NCBI GenBank assembly: GCA_040954595.2 | Contig: CM082587.2 | Location: 7,987,705-8,051,704, forward strand | Reading direction: 5' to 3' | DNA length: 64,000 nt | Source of the DNA: Balanoglossus misakiensis | Taxonomy: Eukaryota > Animalia > Hemichordata | Shown: piece after piece, positions 28,149-41,100 of the stretch | How positions within the stretch are numbered: the stretch's first letter is position 1 | Layout of the letters: each line of letters begins with the position of its first letter | The notes under the pieces: generated by a model | Told to the model about the DNA's origin: nothing | The model's input: only the letters and a program-made list of their open reading frames with translations | Databases searched by the model: none | Program-made: the position numbers and the translations under genes

Positions 28149-31100
28149 TCACTCGATATGGTTTTTCATTTCATTTTCACCACCATTCTCCGTGAGCACT
28201 TCCGCGGTTAAATTCCGGATCACTTCCCAGGCAAACTGGATATCCTTGGATGAGGTCTGTGCGGCACACACTGCAAACCGAAGGAAGTAAGTTTCTCCCA
28301 CCTGGGATGGCACCAAGTGAATTTTTCCACTGTCGTTGATTTTCTTTAGAAGTTTCTTGGTGATCTCATTGGAACCCTGTACATTCATGTATGGGATATA
28401 AACTTTTACAGAATACATGTAGGTATAGACTACCAGCAGAATAAAAAGAATTGGTGCTATCACTATATGTATATAATTTCTGTCAACAATTATACCTACC
28501 AATTCTTAATATGTCATTTAACCCTGCTCACTTGATGACCGCAGATAATTTTAACTCATAGAATATCCCATGACCCAATGGAACATTTGTGTTCTTTGGC
28601 AATTTTGGCTACCTTAACCCTTTCACCCCCAGTTCCCTCTTTAGTGGTCCAACCCTCCCATAGAAGACAATATGTTTGGACTGAACCATGGTGGTGAAAG
28701 TGTTAAACAGGTTTTTGCTACCTAGGTGAGTGATGAAAATCTCATATCGTCGACACTATAGATGGCCGAGTTTTGCAAAGTTTAAGAAAGTAATACTGGG
28801 TCATTCTGAAAATTGTAACAGAAAAAAATAACAAAATGTGAAAATAAACATGAATGAGTTTAATATGCTGACTACAAAGGCAGAAATTGACCTTTTAGTT
28901 ACCCAGAATGCAATAGTCATAATGGTATTTGATCCCCTAGCACAAAGTAAAATCCTATTTAAGGTAGATTTGGAACTTTTTTCCGTCATGCAAACTTCCA
29001 CCATAAAATAATTCTTCTTGGTTCCCTTTAGGGATATAAAATGTAGGGTTGTTGGGACCATTAAAACATGTCACAGTGGAAACACCCATCTATTTGCTAA
29101 TTACCTTAAGTCTGAGACACACCAATCCCATGATAACTTCTGCAACAATCTCAAAGCGTTGATCTGATTTCACCAGCTGTTCAAATTCATGTGCCAGGCA
29201 TACGTGCTGGTTTTTAAAACAAACAATACAATTAATCAGCATAGGTATATGGAAATGTTAAATGATAATGTTGGAATACTCAATTATGCTACATTATGTA
29301 GAAGACAAACAAACTGGTATGTATGCTAGTTTCTTCCTTTACAAACACTGTCACTGCAGCTGTGATGTACCTTCAAGGGTAGTGGCCATGCATCACTATT
29401 ATTTACATGTACCTTTCTTATTCCTTCTTGAAGCTGCTTAACACCAAACAGTCTTAGAACAAACCATAACTTCAGTGATCTAAATCTCCTGCCTAGTGGT
29501 ATCTGCCAATGCTGTGAAAGAAATTAAATATTGTGTCTTAAAATCTGGTAGTGTTTCTATGATATACAGTGGAGTTGGGGGGGAACACAGCTAGAAGCTG
29601 CTGGGATACTCAATTTTGGGTAGGGGTGAGCAGCCCGTCTGACTGAAACCAGCTATCAGCTTCTAAAAACCAAACTCATAGAATTTGACCCACTCCTAAA
29701 TTGTTACCATCATTCATGTTACTATCACAATCTCATGCGAATAAAGGATAGTCGGTTCAAACGTGACCCTGACCTGCATGTTAATTCCTGAAGCAAAACT
29801 ACCCTAACATCAACAATAAGTAAACACACACAGAAGAAGCTGGTATGAGAAAGTTCACTTACTCGGAAATCTGTGACCCTGGATTCATTTTCGTGTTTCA
29901 AGAACAGCGGGTCGACATAGAAGGCATATTCTATGTCAGCGCGGTCTTGCACCCACATTGCCGAACAGTCAAAATTCACTTGTAGCCACTTGTGGGGGTT
30001 GAAATCAAATGACTGAGCAAACTGTGTATCAGAAAAAGGATTTGATAGTATGAATACAGTCAATGCCAAACAGCAAAATCAACATTTTCATATGTGTACA
30101 GTGAAACCTGTCATTACGGACATCTCTGTAATCAGGAAATGTATTTTCTGGTCCCTGAGGATTCCTTAATAGACAGGTTTCACTTTCACAGTATGCATGC
30201 AACAAGTGTACCAGCCAGTGTTGTGTGGCGCCTATCTCAGCATCAATCATGAGGCTAAGGCTATAAGTCAATCCATAATCCAAATTATGCAGTTCCACTT
30301 AATCCAGTATCCCATTAATCCCATCGCTTCTCAGTCTTTTAAAAATAAATAAACCTATAAATGTTCGTGCAGAATAACGTACCTCAACACCATCCAACAA
30401 ATGTCTGAATTCTGGGCAAATAAAGGCACTTCCTGCATAAGCGGCATCAATGTGCAACCAAACATCTTCCTCCTTGCCTATAAAAAGCATTTGGAAAATT
30501 AAAAGATATAAAATCAATTATGTTAGCTTGTATTCTTATCTAAATCTGCTTTCAGTATTCACCCGTCAGAATTAATTTTCCCGTTCTCTTATTTGTACTG
30601 GAAAGTTATCTCCGAAAAACATTTTACGCGACTTTTTTATATTCACATATTTTTGGCACTCGCGTATTTCGCGAAAATTTATTGCTCGCGAAAATAACCC
30701 GTTGTACAGTAGTTTCCAATAAAATAAAATGAGTAAACTTACAGACTTGACCGACTTCTTTAATATTATCAAAGGCACAGGTTGATGTGGTTCCAAGGGT
30801 GGCACAGACCTTTTGAGAAATGGGTGGGTAAAACATCAATTACAACTTTGAGATGTGTGGGGTTGACAGAAACTTTACTAAACCTATGAAAAATAATATC
30901 ATAAACAGTATACTGTCATACGGCCTATGTTTCTACTGAGCTATTGCTTTTGATGCAAGATGCAATAATACAACAATCATGGACAGACAATACATAAATT
31001 ACCCTAGGCAACCAACAAAGGAATTGGGAATAATGACTTTGTCCCACCGGAATAGATTTATAAAACACCTGGAAAAATGTGATTTTTGAAGAAAATTTCC

Positions 31101-33874
31101 GCAAAATTTCAGAACATAATGACTGTGTATGAACTCCTGAGCTATTACACTGTTGATTGTATCACATTGAGACACAAATTAACATGCATAAGAATTACCA
31201 ATTGAAAGTATATTGTCTCTATATCATTTCTGAGCATGATAGACAGTCTCCTCGGCCAATGGGGATCAAAGTACAAATCGACAAAACAAGAAACTTACAA
31301 AGAATGGAGTCAAACCACTAGCCCTGTCTTTTCTCATAGCTTCTTTCAGTGCATCTCCTCGCATGGAGTAACTGTCATCGCAAGGTACCATCCTCATCTT
31401 GACAGAGCCAATCAAACCAGCTCGTTCTATTGACGAGTGTGCCTTGGAAAATTTGAATAAAACAATGATACGACTCATCACTGTGTGTATATTCATTTGT
31501 AAATTCATTTTCTGAACATTGGTGATTGCAGCTGCAAGCAAGCTGAGTTCTTTAACTGCCATTCTTCATTTGCTAGCAAGACAAAAGACCAAGACCAATA
31601 AATGCAACAAATCTCGTGATGGTCCGTATTTTAACTCGTTGCTTCGCAACTTGTTAAAATACTGCAGACACATCACTCGATACGACGCGTTATCGACCAC
31701 ACTTCATGTAATAACCCCTAAGTACTGAGTATATAAGCATGCTGTATGGAGTAGAACAAGATATAGCATTTAGTAGATTAAATATGCGATCATCATCTCA
31801 AGAAAGATAAATGTTCAAAAATGATTTTTTAATTCCCACTTTACCTGATCTGATGTATAGGCAACTAAGGTGGACAAGATTTTATACTCATCCAAAGTGG
31901 CGTCTTTGGATTTCATTTGGTTAATTTTCTTGGTTCTGGCAGCAAGGAGTGCCATTGCAGTGGCTTCACTTGCAGTGCCCTTTATAACAGGAGAAATGTG
32001 TGATGGTTTGTCAATAATTTCTAATAAGATATTAAGAATACTGAAAGTGGTGCAGTACACTGTGTTACCACCTGTTTTTACAAGTCTGATTAACACATAG
32101 AACTGAAAAAAATATGACATTGAGATCACAAAATAGTTTTGGATATCTAAATATTTACAAAGATCTTGAATTATTTGAATTTTGATAATTCTTTACTATC
32201 AATCACATGATCTGGCCATGTGACCCAAGGCGTAATTGTCATTTTCAGATGACGGGCAAGCAATATTTCGGCATCCAGCAAAAGTTTTTCAGAGTATGTT
32301 TTTACTTTAGAACCGCCAAACACGTAACATGTATCAGGTATGGTGCCTCATCAGCCTCATTGCATTTCGTCTGCACAGTCTTTGTCTTGCACCACATTGC
32401 TGAAGTTGCCCGTCATCTGGAAATTTGAATGCCAACGTAACTGCGTCTGAGCGCGTCTGACGTCATTTGATATTGAAGAATTAATTGTTACCTGTATGAC
32501 CCCGCCACCTTTTCCTCCTTCGCTGACGATGAAGTCTTTCGGAAGTTTCAGCATCTTGGCTAGCCAGTCCATCATGACAATCTCCAGTTCTGTACACGCA
32601 GGACTAGCAGCCTGCGAAGAATTCATTAAATCCTTAAAATTATTTTTCCAACTTAAGCTGTGATTAGCATGTAAAATATGGCCAACACTGACTTGTGAAG
32701 TCATTAACTGCAGTTTAGGGTAGATGGCTACCCAGATACAGCACATGGCTATCACATTCCATAGTCTTACTCTGAGAATTTTTTTGAAAAATATTGTCAT
32801 TAATTTCTTGAAATTTTCACAAACGGTGCTAAAACAGAAATGCCATTAAATGATATAAAGAAACAGTAACACAATTTCATCGTGCTTGATTTTTTTTGAT
32901 AGAGCTGTTCAGAACATTTCACCATTGGGAAACTATAGCATTATGAATGCCAGAAAAGTGCTGACTCAGCATTTTCCATAATATTCTAGACCCCCTAACA
33001 GAAACAGTACCATGGGAACACTCGTTTTCTCTTTATCTTTGTATTTAAAATTCATTGATATACAATGTATATAAAAATGAGGAAAATATCAAGAATCTCA
33101 ATTTTGAGTAGACCACTACCCAGCCACTATAAGGCAGATTTGATGAAATCAACCACGAAATATATGTGGCAATGGGGCAGATATTGACACTGCAAAAAGA
33201 TGTCAAATGGGGCGAGCTGGTAAATTATAATGCATAACCTTTGTTTCAAACATCAGTGCTTCATAAAAACTCGTAAATGTGCATCCCCAACTGAGCTGAA
33301 ACACCTTCACTACAAGAGCTAGGTCTCCTATATTATGATTTAATATTACTCACCCAGTTGAAACCGATGCATCCAATACCATCCGATAAAATATCACCAA
33401 CAATCGCAGGGAAGGAATTTCCGGTTGGATAAAACGCATGAAAGTGTGGGCTGTGCCAGTGTGATACCTGAAATAGAAGTTAAACAGGTTTGTTTGTTTT
33501 TTTCATTAAAGATTACATGCGTATAAGTGCTCTTCATATCTTGGAACACGGTCCCTCCAGACAAGTATGTGATGCGAGCCGCCAGCATTAATCAACAAGA
33601 CCCTGAAACAGAGTTCCTGAAAGTGACTAAAAAGAATACAGTGACAGTCACTGCTGGCTACTTATCTCACCCCGGGCATTATAACTCTCTCAACATCCGC
33701 GAAAACATCTTCCCACTTGTCAGGGTCTTCGGGAGCGGCGTCGGGAACCAGTTTGCTGAGATAGCCGGGCTGGACTTGAGATAATGGCGGTCGCTCCTCG
33801 ATGTTGTCCAAGTAATCGGCGACATAGTCGATCATTGCCTTCCCCCACTTACGGAAATTATTGGAATCCGCCAT
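28149..33874 (-). CDS. DDC: Aromatic-L-amino-acid decarboxylase-like paralog 1 (~488 aa); candidate aromatic acetaldehyde synthase (Y332F, F79-Y80)
   Basis: Coding exons 33874-33671, 33467-33354, 32611-32492, 31979-31845, 31442-31299, 30809-30743, 30477-30383, 30021-29863, 29511-29413, 29206-29105, 28376-28149. All are GT-AG, in phase and free of stops. Motifs: [33 protein letters not shown] (PLP lysine), [14 protein letters not shown]. Confidence 0.93.
28618..28702. mobile_element. Short piggyBac-like MITE in intron 10 of DDC paralog 1
   Basis: ttaa|ccctttcacc...ggtgaaagtg|ttaa: TTAA TSD and CCC terminus. Confidence 0.7.
30570..30709. mobile_element. Truncated TA-flanked MITE of the 16721/23255 family
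   Basis: Right end tgctcgcgaaaataacccgttgtacag|ta is present; left TIR not found. Confidence 0.55.
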
Positions 33875-34086
33875 GTGTTGTTTTGTCTGCACAGTATATG
33901 ATAGGTTAGGGTTGGGGCAAGAGCTATGACTGAGCCCTAACAATATTAAACAAACGTGACCATATTTGAACATAAATAAATATTTTTTTAATAAATAAAC
34001 GACCGATTTTTTTTGTTTATTATATTAATCAATAACATCAAACAAACATACACACTAAAATCAGAAGAACCGGCGCACGGTCCCAG

Positions 34087-34170
34087 GTGGTAACGCAGCT
34101 GTCGGGGTGGGGGGGGGGGGGGCTAAATTACCCCCCCCCCCCCCCCACCACGGTACAGGTGCGTTACCAC
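34087..34170. repeat. Palindromic poly-G/poly-C hairpin element
   Basis: gtggtaacgca..ctgt, G-run, ctaaatta, C-run, acag..tgcgttaccac. Confidence 0.7.
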
Positions 34171-36341
34171 GGCTACGAAGAACCAAATGGCAAACCACAG
34201 TGATCGACGGCCGCAAGATTGTAAAATGTAAAATGGAATTAATCATAAGAATACAAATCTATTCATTCAATAGGAAAACGGCACAGCATATTCGCAAGCT
34301 AGTTTACGGCGACTCGACCTACATGACCTTAAAAAGCTTGGTGACTCTTAGAACTTGCTTCATTTAGGTCACTGAACTAACTCGCTTAAAAAGATTACAT
34401 AAAGTTTGTTGAGATGCTACTAGAGAACATGGAGGCACGATGAGGCAAATACTGAAGAGAAACGCTGAAAATTTGATGGATTGCTGACGGAATAAAAGCA
34501 CAAGTTATTACTTACTCTGACATCCACCAACGCGACGCTCTCCACATGCAACTGTTCTGTCAGTATGACCGCAGTTGTGGTCACGCTCTGTCGACAGTGC
34601 ATGTGAGGTCATGACCTTAAAGATTATTGTCAATTGTGCCCTGGGGTAAAAGGTTACGACAGACACACATAGACATCATGCCGTAAAACGCCTAGTTACA
34701 AAAGAAGTTACGCCCATGTGCACCTGCGACTCCTAGATCCTTTCGTTTGCAATTATGTACTTGCTAATTTACATATTTAATTAGTAAACGTAAGTTGAAA
34801 AAATTGTACTCTTGTTTTACCTAATTGCAAATTGCTGCTTGTTTTTCATGAAACTGGCTGTAACAATTTCATATAGATTGGAAAGTACTGTATAGAGAAA
34901 CTGAAAGTTTCTAATTAATACACTGGATATTTGGGTAAATATTAAACTGGTATAATTTCGGTGATCTGTCGAGCATAGTATTGACGCTCAGACGAGAACT
35001 ACCGTCCCGGGTTGTATGTACCGGTATTTTTCCCTTTTGCCGGCAGGTACAATTACTATTGTCAGACTAACGAAACAGTTTTCACGTGCACAGGCGATAT
35101 ATTATACGAATGGTTCTTCATTTTGACACAAACAAAGTACACCGTTTGTTTACCAGACTGTTTAGGCCTACACCGACGAATCATCCAGATTGTTCTGAAA
35201 AGGTCGGCGATTTTCCGAACGTCGATCGTCACCTGTTCATGAATTCGGGAATAGGACTTCAAAATTACTTTCGCCTTTAGCCTATGCAACTTTGTGTGAT
35301 TGAAGAAAGTAAACGGGCTGAATACAGACGTTATGATAAAACCATTACAGGCGTCGCCTTAGTGCTGACCGCATTTTCTCGTTTAACCGACTTTTTAGCT
35401 TGTGCTAACACTCCTTATCCCTGACCGATTTAATCAGTTAAACAACAAGAAGATCAAAGTTCAAATCAAATGTTCGAAGTTCAATGTCCCTCGATCCGTT
35501 CACTATAATCCGCATTATAGTAATACCGTACAACGGGAAATTTTCGCGAACTTGGCGAGAGCCCCCCAAAAAATTATGAGCCGAACTCATTAGTGAAAGC
35601 AGTGGCGGTAACCTGTTCCCATGTACTATATACACTGCCGAAAGGCCGTTTCTATACTGCCGATCATTTTCACACTGTTTCCGCCGATAAACGAGGTGCA
35701 GTGCCGAAGAACGATTTCCGTACAATTGATCGTTTTCAAACTTGGGGTGTGAAACGACAGAGAATACCCCACGTGCAATTTCCGCAGACAATGTTCGCGT
35801 ACCCCTTTCACACCTTTAGCAGTTTTTCGAAGGCTGATCATGGGTCTCTCATACGTTTATATGTTTGGTACATTTGTATTTTTTTCTGAAGACTATTATA
35901 GTTATTTGAATACTTACTCAAATTAATAAACGTTTTACTTTTCCAGAGATGAGGGTCAGATCGACCAGGGTGTACCTGTTGGGGGTGGGGGTGGGTCGGG
36001 GCTATTTTGTGATGGTCGAGTTGTTGGGGGCCGAGCTGTCTGGATATCGTCAATGTAGATACTGTTAATACATCTCATAGACCATATAATAATATAAGAA
36101 TATCCCACATCGTCACCCTGTCTTATCGGCTGTGTAAACCTGCAACATCCAAATATTTTAATTTCCTGCCGGTGACTCACCGACTTCACTCATCTGTTTT
36201 CAATTCTGCTCAGCTCTCAGAAATTTTCGAGAAGATTAAAACACCTCCTAGGTAGCAGTAACGCGCTGGACCTGCATGCAGTGTGAGTCATTTATCTGTT
36301 GCAACGTAGATCGGTCACATTGAAAGGTAGTTTTCATACCG

Positions 36342-36550
36342 CCGATTAACGTGGTGCTATGCCGAAAAGGCGTTGTCATACTGCCGATAAATTTCCACCG
36401 ATAATCGTGGTGCTATGCCGAAAGGACGTTGTCACACTGCCGATAATTTTCCACCGATAATCGTTGTGCTATGCCGAAAGGGCGTTGTCACACTGCCGAT
36501 AATTTTCCACCGATAATCGTGGTGCTATGCCGAAAGGACGTCATACTGTT
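36342..36550. repeat. 56-bp minisatellite (~3.7 copies) upstream of the Merlin-like ORF
   Basis: ccgataatcgtggtgctatgccgaaaggacgttgtcacactgccgataattttcca at 36342, 36398, 36454 and 36510; related degenerate sequence at ~35630-35790. Confidence 0.85.
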
Positions 36551-36814
36551 GATCATTTTCACACTTAAAGTCAGTGTGAAACGACTGACCAACCCCCACA
36601 TGCCTTTTCCACCGACAAAGTATTTATGTATTTCACACCTTATGAAATAAATAGGGTGGATTTTTCGATTGCTGGTCATTGGTCTCTTGGCCTTCTGAGA
36701 TTGACGTCTTCCTAGCGCTGTCTCTCTGTTCCGTAAATTCACACAAATACATTTATACGTTTGGATTTTTTTCTAATGTACTACAAAATCAGTTCAGTCA
36801 ATATTTGTTTCGAC

Positions 36815-37414
36815 ATGGCTTTTTATCGGCAAGTTCAAGCCACGGCAGTTCTGGGTGTTGAATCCACCATTTTGTTTATGAAGGAACATGGGCTTTTGGC
36901 TTCTTCGCTAAATTGTCCTTCTTGTTGTCAGCCCATGATTTGGTGTTCGGCTAAAGATCGCTCCGATGGATTCACTTGGTGTTGCAAAACAAAGAACTGC
37001 GAAAAACGCAAGAACAGAGTTTCAGTGAGACATGGGTCGTTCTTCTCCAAGTCTCGTTTAAGTTTGGACATTCTTTTAAAAATTGTTTTAACTTGGGCCA
37101 TGGATTACCCGTTGCGGAAGATTATAGTTGAGACTGGAGTTTCGAAGAGAGTGTTAATCGACTACTGCAAGTTGTTGCGAGAGGTGTGTAGCACCAAGCT
37201 GAAGAGTGAAGGCATCCACCCCGGCGCCCCGGACACTGTGGTCGAGATTGACGACAATCGTTTTCGCCAAAAGCTGAAGGTGAAGAACGGTGTTCCAAAG
37301 GACATGATACCGGGGTATTTAGACGAGTTCGTGTGGCGAGAGAGGCATGGTCGAACAGAGGATGACGCCGTAAGAACCATTTTGCGTGATATTGCTGAGC
37401 AATATCCAGTCTGA
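36815..37414 (+). mobile_element. Merlin/IS1595 (ISXO2-like) transposase-derived ORF, 199 aa, catalytic core missing
   Basis: Zn-ribbon-like CPSC...DGFTWCC...C, VSVRHGSFF, HTH-like ETGVSKRVLIDY, VVEID motif, and C-terminal GYLDEFVWRER...ILRDIAEQYP. Uninterrupted single-exon ORF. Confidence 0.8.
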
Positions 37415-37484
37415 TCCTAGAAAAGAGATCAGATACTGAATCAAACGGCCCTTTTCAGGGCCATATTACATCCTCCAAAAAGGG

Positions 37485-37594
37485 ATACATACATACATAC
37501 ATACATACATACATACATACATACATACATACATACATACATACATACATACATACATACATACATACATACATACATACATACATACATACAT
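37485..37594. repeat. (TACA)n microsatellite
   Basis: About 27 perfect units. Confidence 0.97.
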
Positions 37595-38179
37595 GTTGTA
37601 CACTGGTTGTTAAATTTTTTGACGATATTTTCGACCATTAGTTAAAAGACACAAACAAATAGCTGCATACATGTACACTCATACACTTAAATATAAGACA
37701 TTTATTTCATACAACAGTAATGTACAAGACTCGACAAACTAAAAAGTACTGACATGTACATGTATTTACAATGGCCGACCGAGGGCGCTATTCGAGTACA
37801 GTGGTCATTAATGTATGAGAGCCACATGTACACTGTAACATGCACGTTTACTAAGGACTTAAGTGAACTATCGATGCATTTTTACACAAACCGCTGTCCA
37901 TATCCTACACACCTGGGCAACTGTTTGGAAAATGCCAATGGCGTGACCAAATATGTAAAGAGACTTATGCATAAATGGTGCGAAAATACACAATTATTGC
38001 CAATGCATCTGTATTTTCATGTATATCGGCGAATTTATAGACAGGCGCGTGTATTATCTGGTTGTGGTTTCAAGCAGGAGTACCCGAACTAATGAAATAC
38101 ATTCAGACCTACTTTGCTTTCATAAAACAGCAAATTCGCATAAACAGTTACTATAAATACGGTAGTAGGCACTGCATCA

Positions 38180-41100
38180 TTAATGTATATGTACATGGTT
38201 TTCGACAGAGTTAGCATGACCATTCTCCGAGAGAACTTCGGCCGTTAAATTCTGGATCACTTCCCAGGCGAACTGGACATCCTTGGAGGTGGTCCGAGTG
38301 GCACACACGGCAAATCGGAGGATGTACTTCTCTCGTAATTTTGAAGGCACCAAATGGATTTGTCCACCGTCGTTGATTTTCTTCAGAAGTTTCTCGTTGG
38401 TCTCATTGCAACCCTGGACATTGACGAGATTATGTAGTGTGAATTGTAAACTATTTACATTACTACAGGACCTTGTGATGAATTGTCAAGTTTGTACATT
38501 AGGTATCTTTGCTTTAAAAGTACCTGGTACAACATAGCGCCAGACTAAATTGAAATTCAACGAATACATCTGAGATAGTTTTTATTTATTGCAGGAGAGT
38601 TGGCCTAGAGACATTTGGAGTCGGTGGGCCACATACAAGATATCGTCCTGGCTCAACCAGGGTATCTAGTTGGACGCGTACGCCCACCTGTTACTTTGTC
38701 ACTCTCAAATAAGTATACTTTTTCATTTACAGCACATGACATTTTACAAGATGTTGCCAATGGAAACTGCCTCACCTTGAGCCTGAAACACACCAATCCC
38801 ATGATCACCTCTGTAACTATTTCAAACCGTGGGTCTGTTTTCACCAGTTCTTCAAACTCATGTGCCAGTCGTACTTGCTGGATTAAAACAAACCACAGAA
38901 GCATTACCAGAAAATTGGCGGGAAAACTAACATTGGTGGCACACTTTTTGTAGTTCTGAAGATATTTTGTGGCTTAACCAAAGCGTATGTGCAGTGCAGC
39001 TATGCAACCCTATGGTACCCAGTTTTGTCTGATAAAGACGTCTATATATAAATCGTGTCCATCCAAAAAAACACCCGTGTACACCCAGCTGCATTTAAAC
39101 TTCGCCCGGCGAGAGACACCCCGCCCCCTAAACATGCAGACAACTTAACACACTACTATCATGTTAAGTTAGGTTTTTTGCTTTGACACTACACATCATG
39201 TTCACATCCAGCGAATCATTTGTGACAGTTGGGGTTGTAGGTTATAAATGTATGCTCACCTCTCTAATTCCGTCTTGAAGTTGCTTAACACCAAACATTC
39301 TTAGAACAAACCATAGCTTCATTGATCTAAATCTCCTGCCTAGTGGTATCTGCCAGTGCTATCAATTAAATAAAATGTTGCCTAAGTCCAGATCTTGTAC
39401 AGTCCTCAAAATATAATCAGGGAGGGTGAGATGAGCGTTGGGTCGGAGGGAGTTCTTTTGTGGACGAAACATAACACGACCATACACATTGTCACACAAT
39501 GCCTTACAACATAACTTATACAGAGGTAACTACAACATAAAAAAGGGTACGGTCAAATGCAAAGTCGCTTGAACGTAACTGAGAAAAAATCTCCACTTCG
39601 AATCCAATGTGACATGTTTCACTTACTCGAAAATCTGTGACCTTGGATTGATTTTCATGTTTCAAGTACAAAGGGTCGACGTTGAAGGCGTCGGCTATGT
39701 CTGCACGGTCTTGAATCCACAGCGCCGAACAATCGAAGTTAACTTGGAGCCACTTGTGGGGATTGAAATTGAATGACTGGGCAAACTGTTTATATGAAAA
39801 GAAAACACACACATACGGTACGTTAGGGTTGATACAGCGGTCGTTGTGTGAAAGTCTTTTTATCACAATATATTAGGCCCTGGAGCAAAGAGAAGCACTT
39901 AAACATGGTTGATACGGCAGCCATATTTAGGTTACGGTTATGGATATGACGTGGACACTTTGTAAGATATGATTAACAAGGCCCTGTCCGTTGATAACGA
40001 ACACGCTTTACGACTCAATAAATGTGAATTTTCAATCACAACGTCTCATAAGCCCTATTGGCGTTATGGCACAACCATTGTATTCGTGTTATCTTAGTAT
40101 TTTGCACATGATAAGTTAAATCATTTCTTATTCAGCAAACAAAGCTACACCACACTTACCTCAACACCATCCAACAAATGTCTAAATTCTGGGCAAATAA
40201 AGGCACTTCCGGCATAAGCAGCATCAATGTGCAACCAAACATCTTCCTCCTTACCTTCAAATAGATTAGACGAAATAAAATTCTCCAGTGTACATTCAAA
40301 CTAGTTCGTTCTCAAGTAACTTCAGTTGTTCCTGAATAAATGTTACATCAGAGAAAACACTACGATGTTGGGAATGGCAAGAATTGTTACGCATCAACGC
40401 ATTAAATATCAGAGATACGTTATGGCGAATAGTGGTCCGAGCGACGGTGAACTTACAGACTTGACCGATTTCCTTGAGATTGTCAAAGGCGCAGCTGGGC
40501 GTGGTCCCAAGAGTTGAACAAACCTGTTGGTATAAAAGTTGGAATCTGTGAGCAAATGATTGTAGCAATTCACTTCAGATAGTTTATTCCGAAAAATCAC
40601 CATTTTCCATTCAAAATACATTACGCGATTTTGTGACTAAATCTAGATTTGTTAATAACAATGGCTGGAAGACATGAGACATTGTACGTGGTCTGTTGTC
40701 CACCGTTTCCACAATGAACTGGTTTCAACGATCGAAAGTGTTTGTATGCGAGTTTATGCTTTGGTACAGATACAGTGTAAGAAAATTCGTTTTTTTTCCG
40801 TGGGAAGAATACTATTTCGCTCCGACAATAGGGAAGTCCTTTATTACTGAGGAAAACTTACAAAGAATGGTGTCAGACCACTAGCTCTGTCGGTCCGTAT
40901 GGCTTCTTTCAATGCATCGCCTCGCATGACGTAATTGTCATCGCTTGGTACCAGCCTCATTTTGACGCAGCCAATCAGACCAGCTCGTTCTACCGATGAA
41001 TGAGCCTTCAAAAGGAAATACAACGCCATTATGAAATGTGTCGCGCGCGTGTCGATTCCTATACAATACGGGTGTAATAGGTCAATGATTGCAAAATAAC

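Noticed and set aside
28149-33874. DDC paralog 1 as a pseudogene or histidine decarboxylase
   Set aside because: All 11 exons are open with canonical splice sites; it has Gly at the 354-equivalent (HDC has Ser) and lacks a long HDC/TDC-type C-terminal extension.
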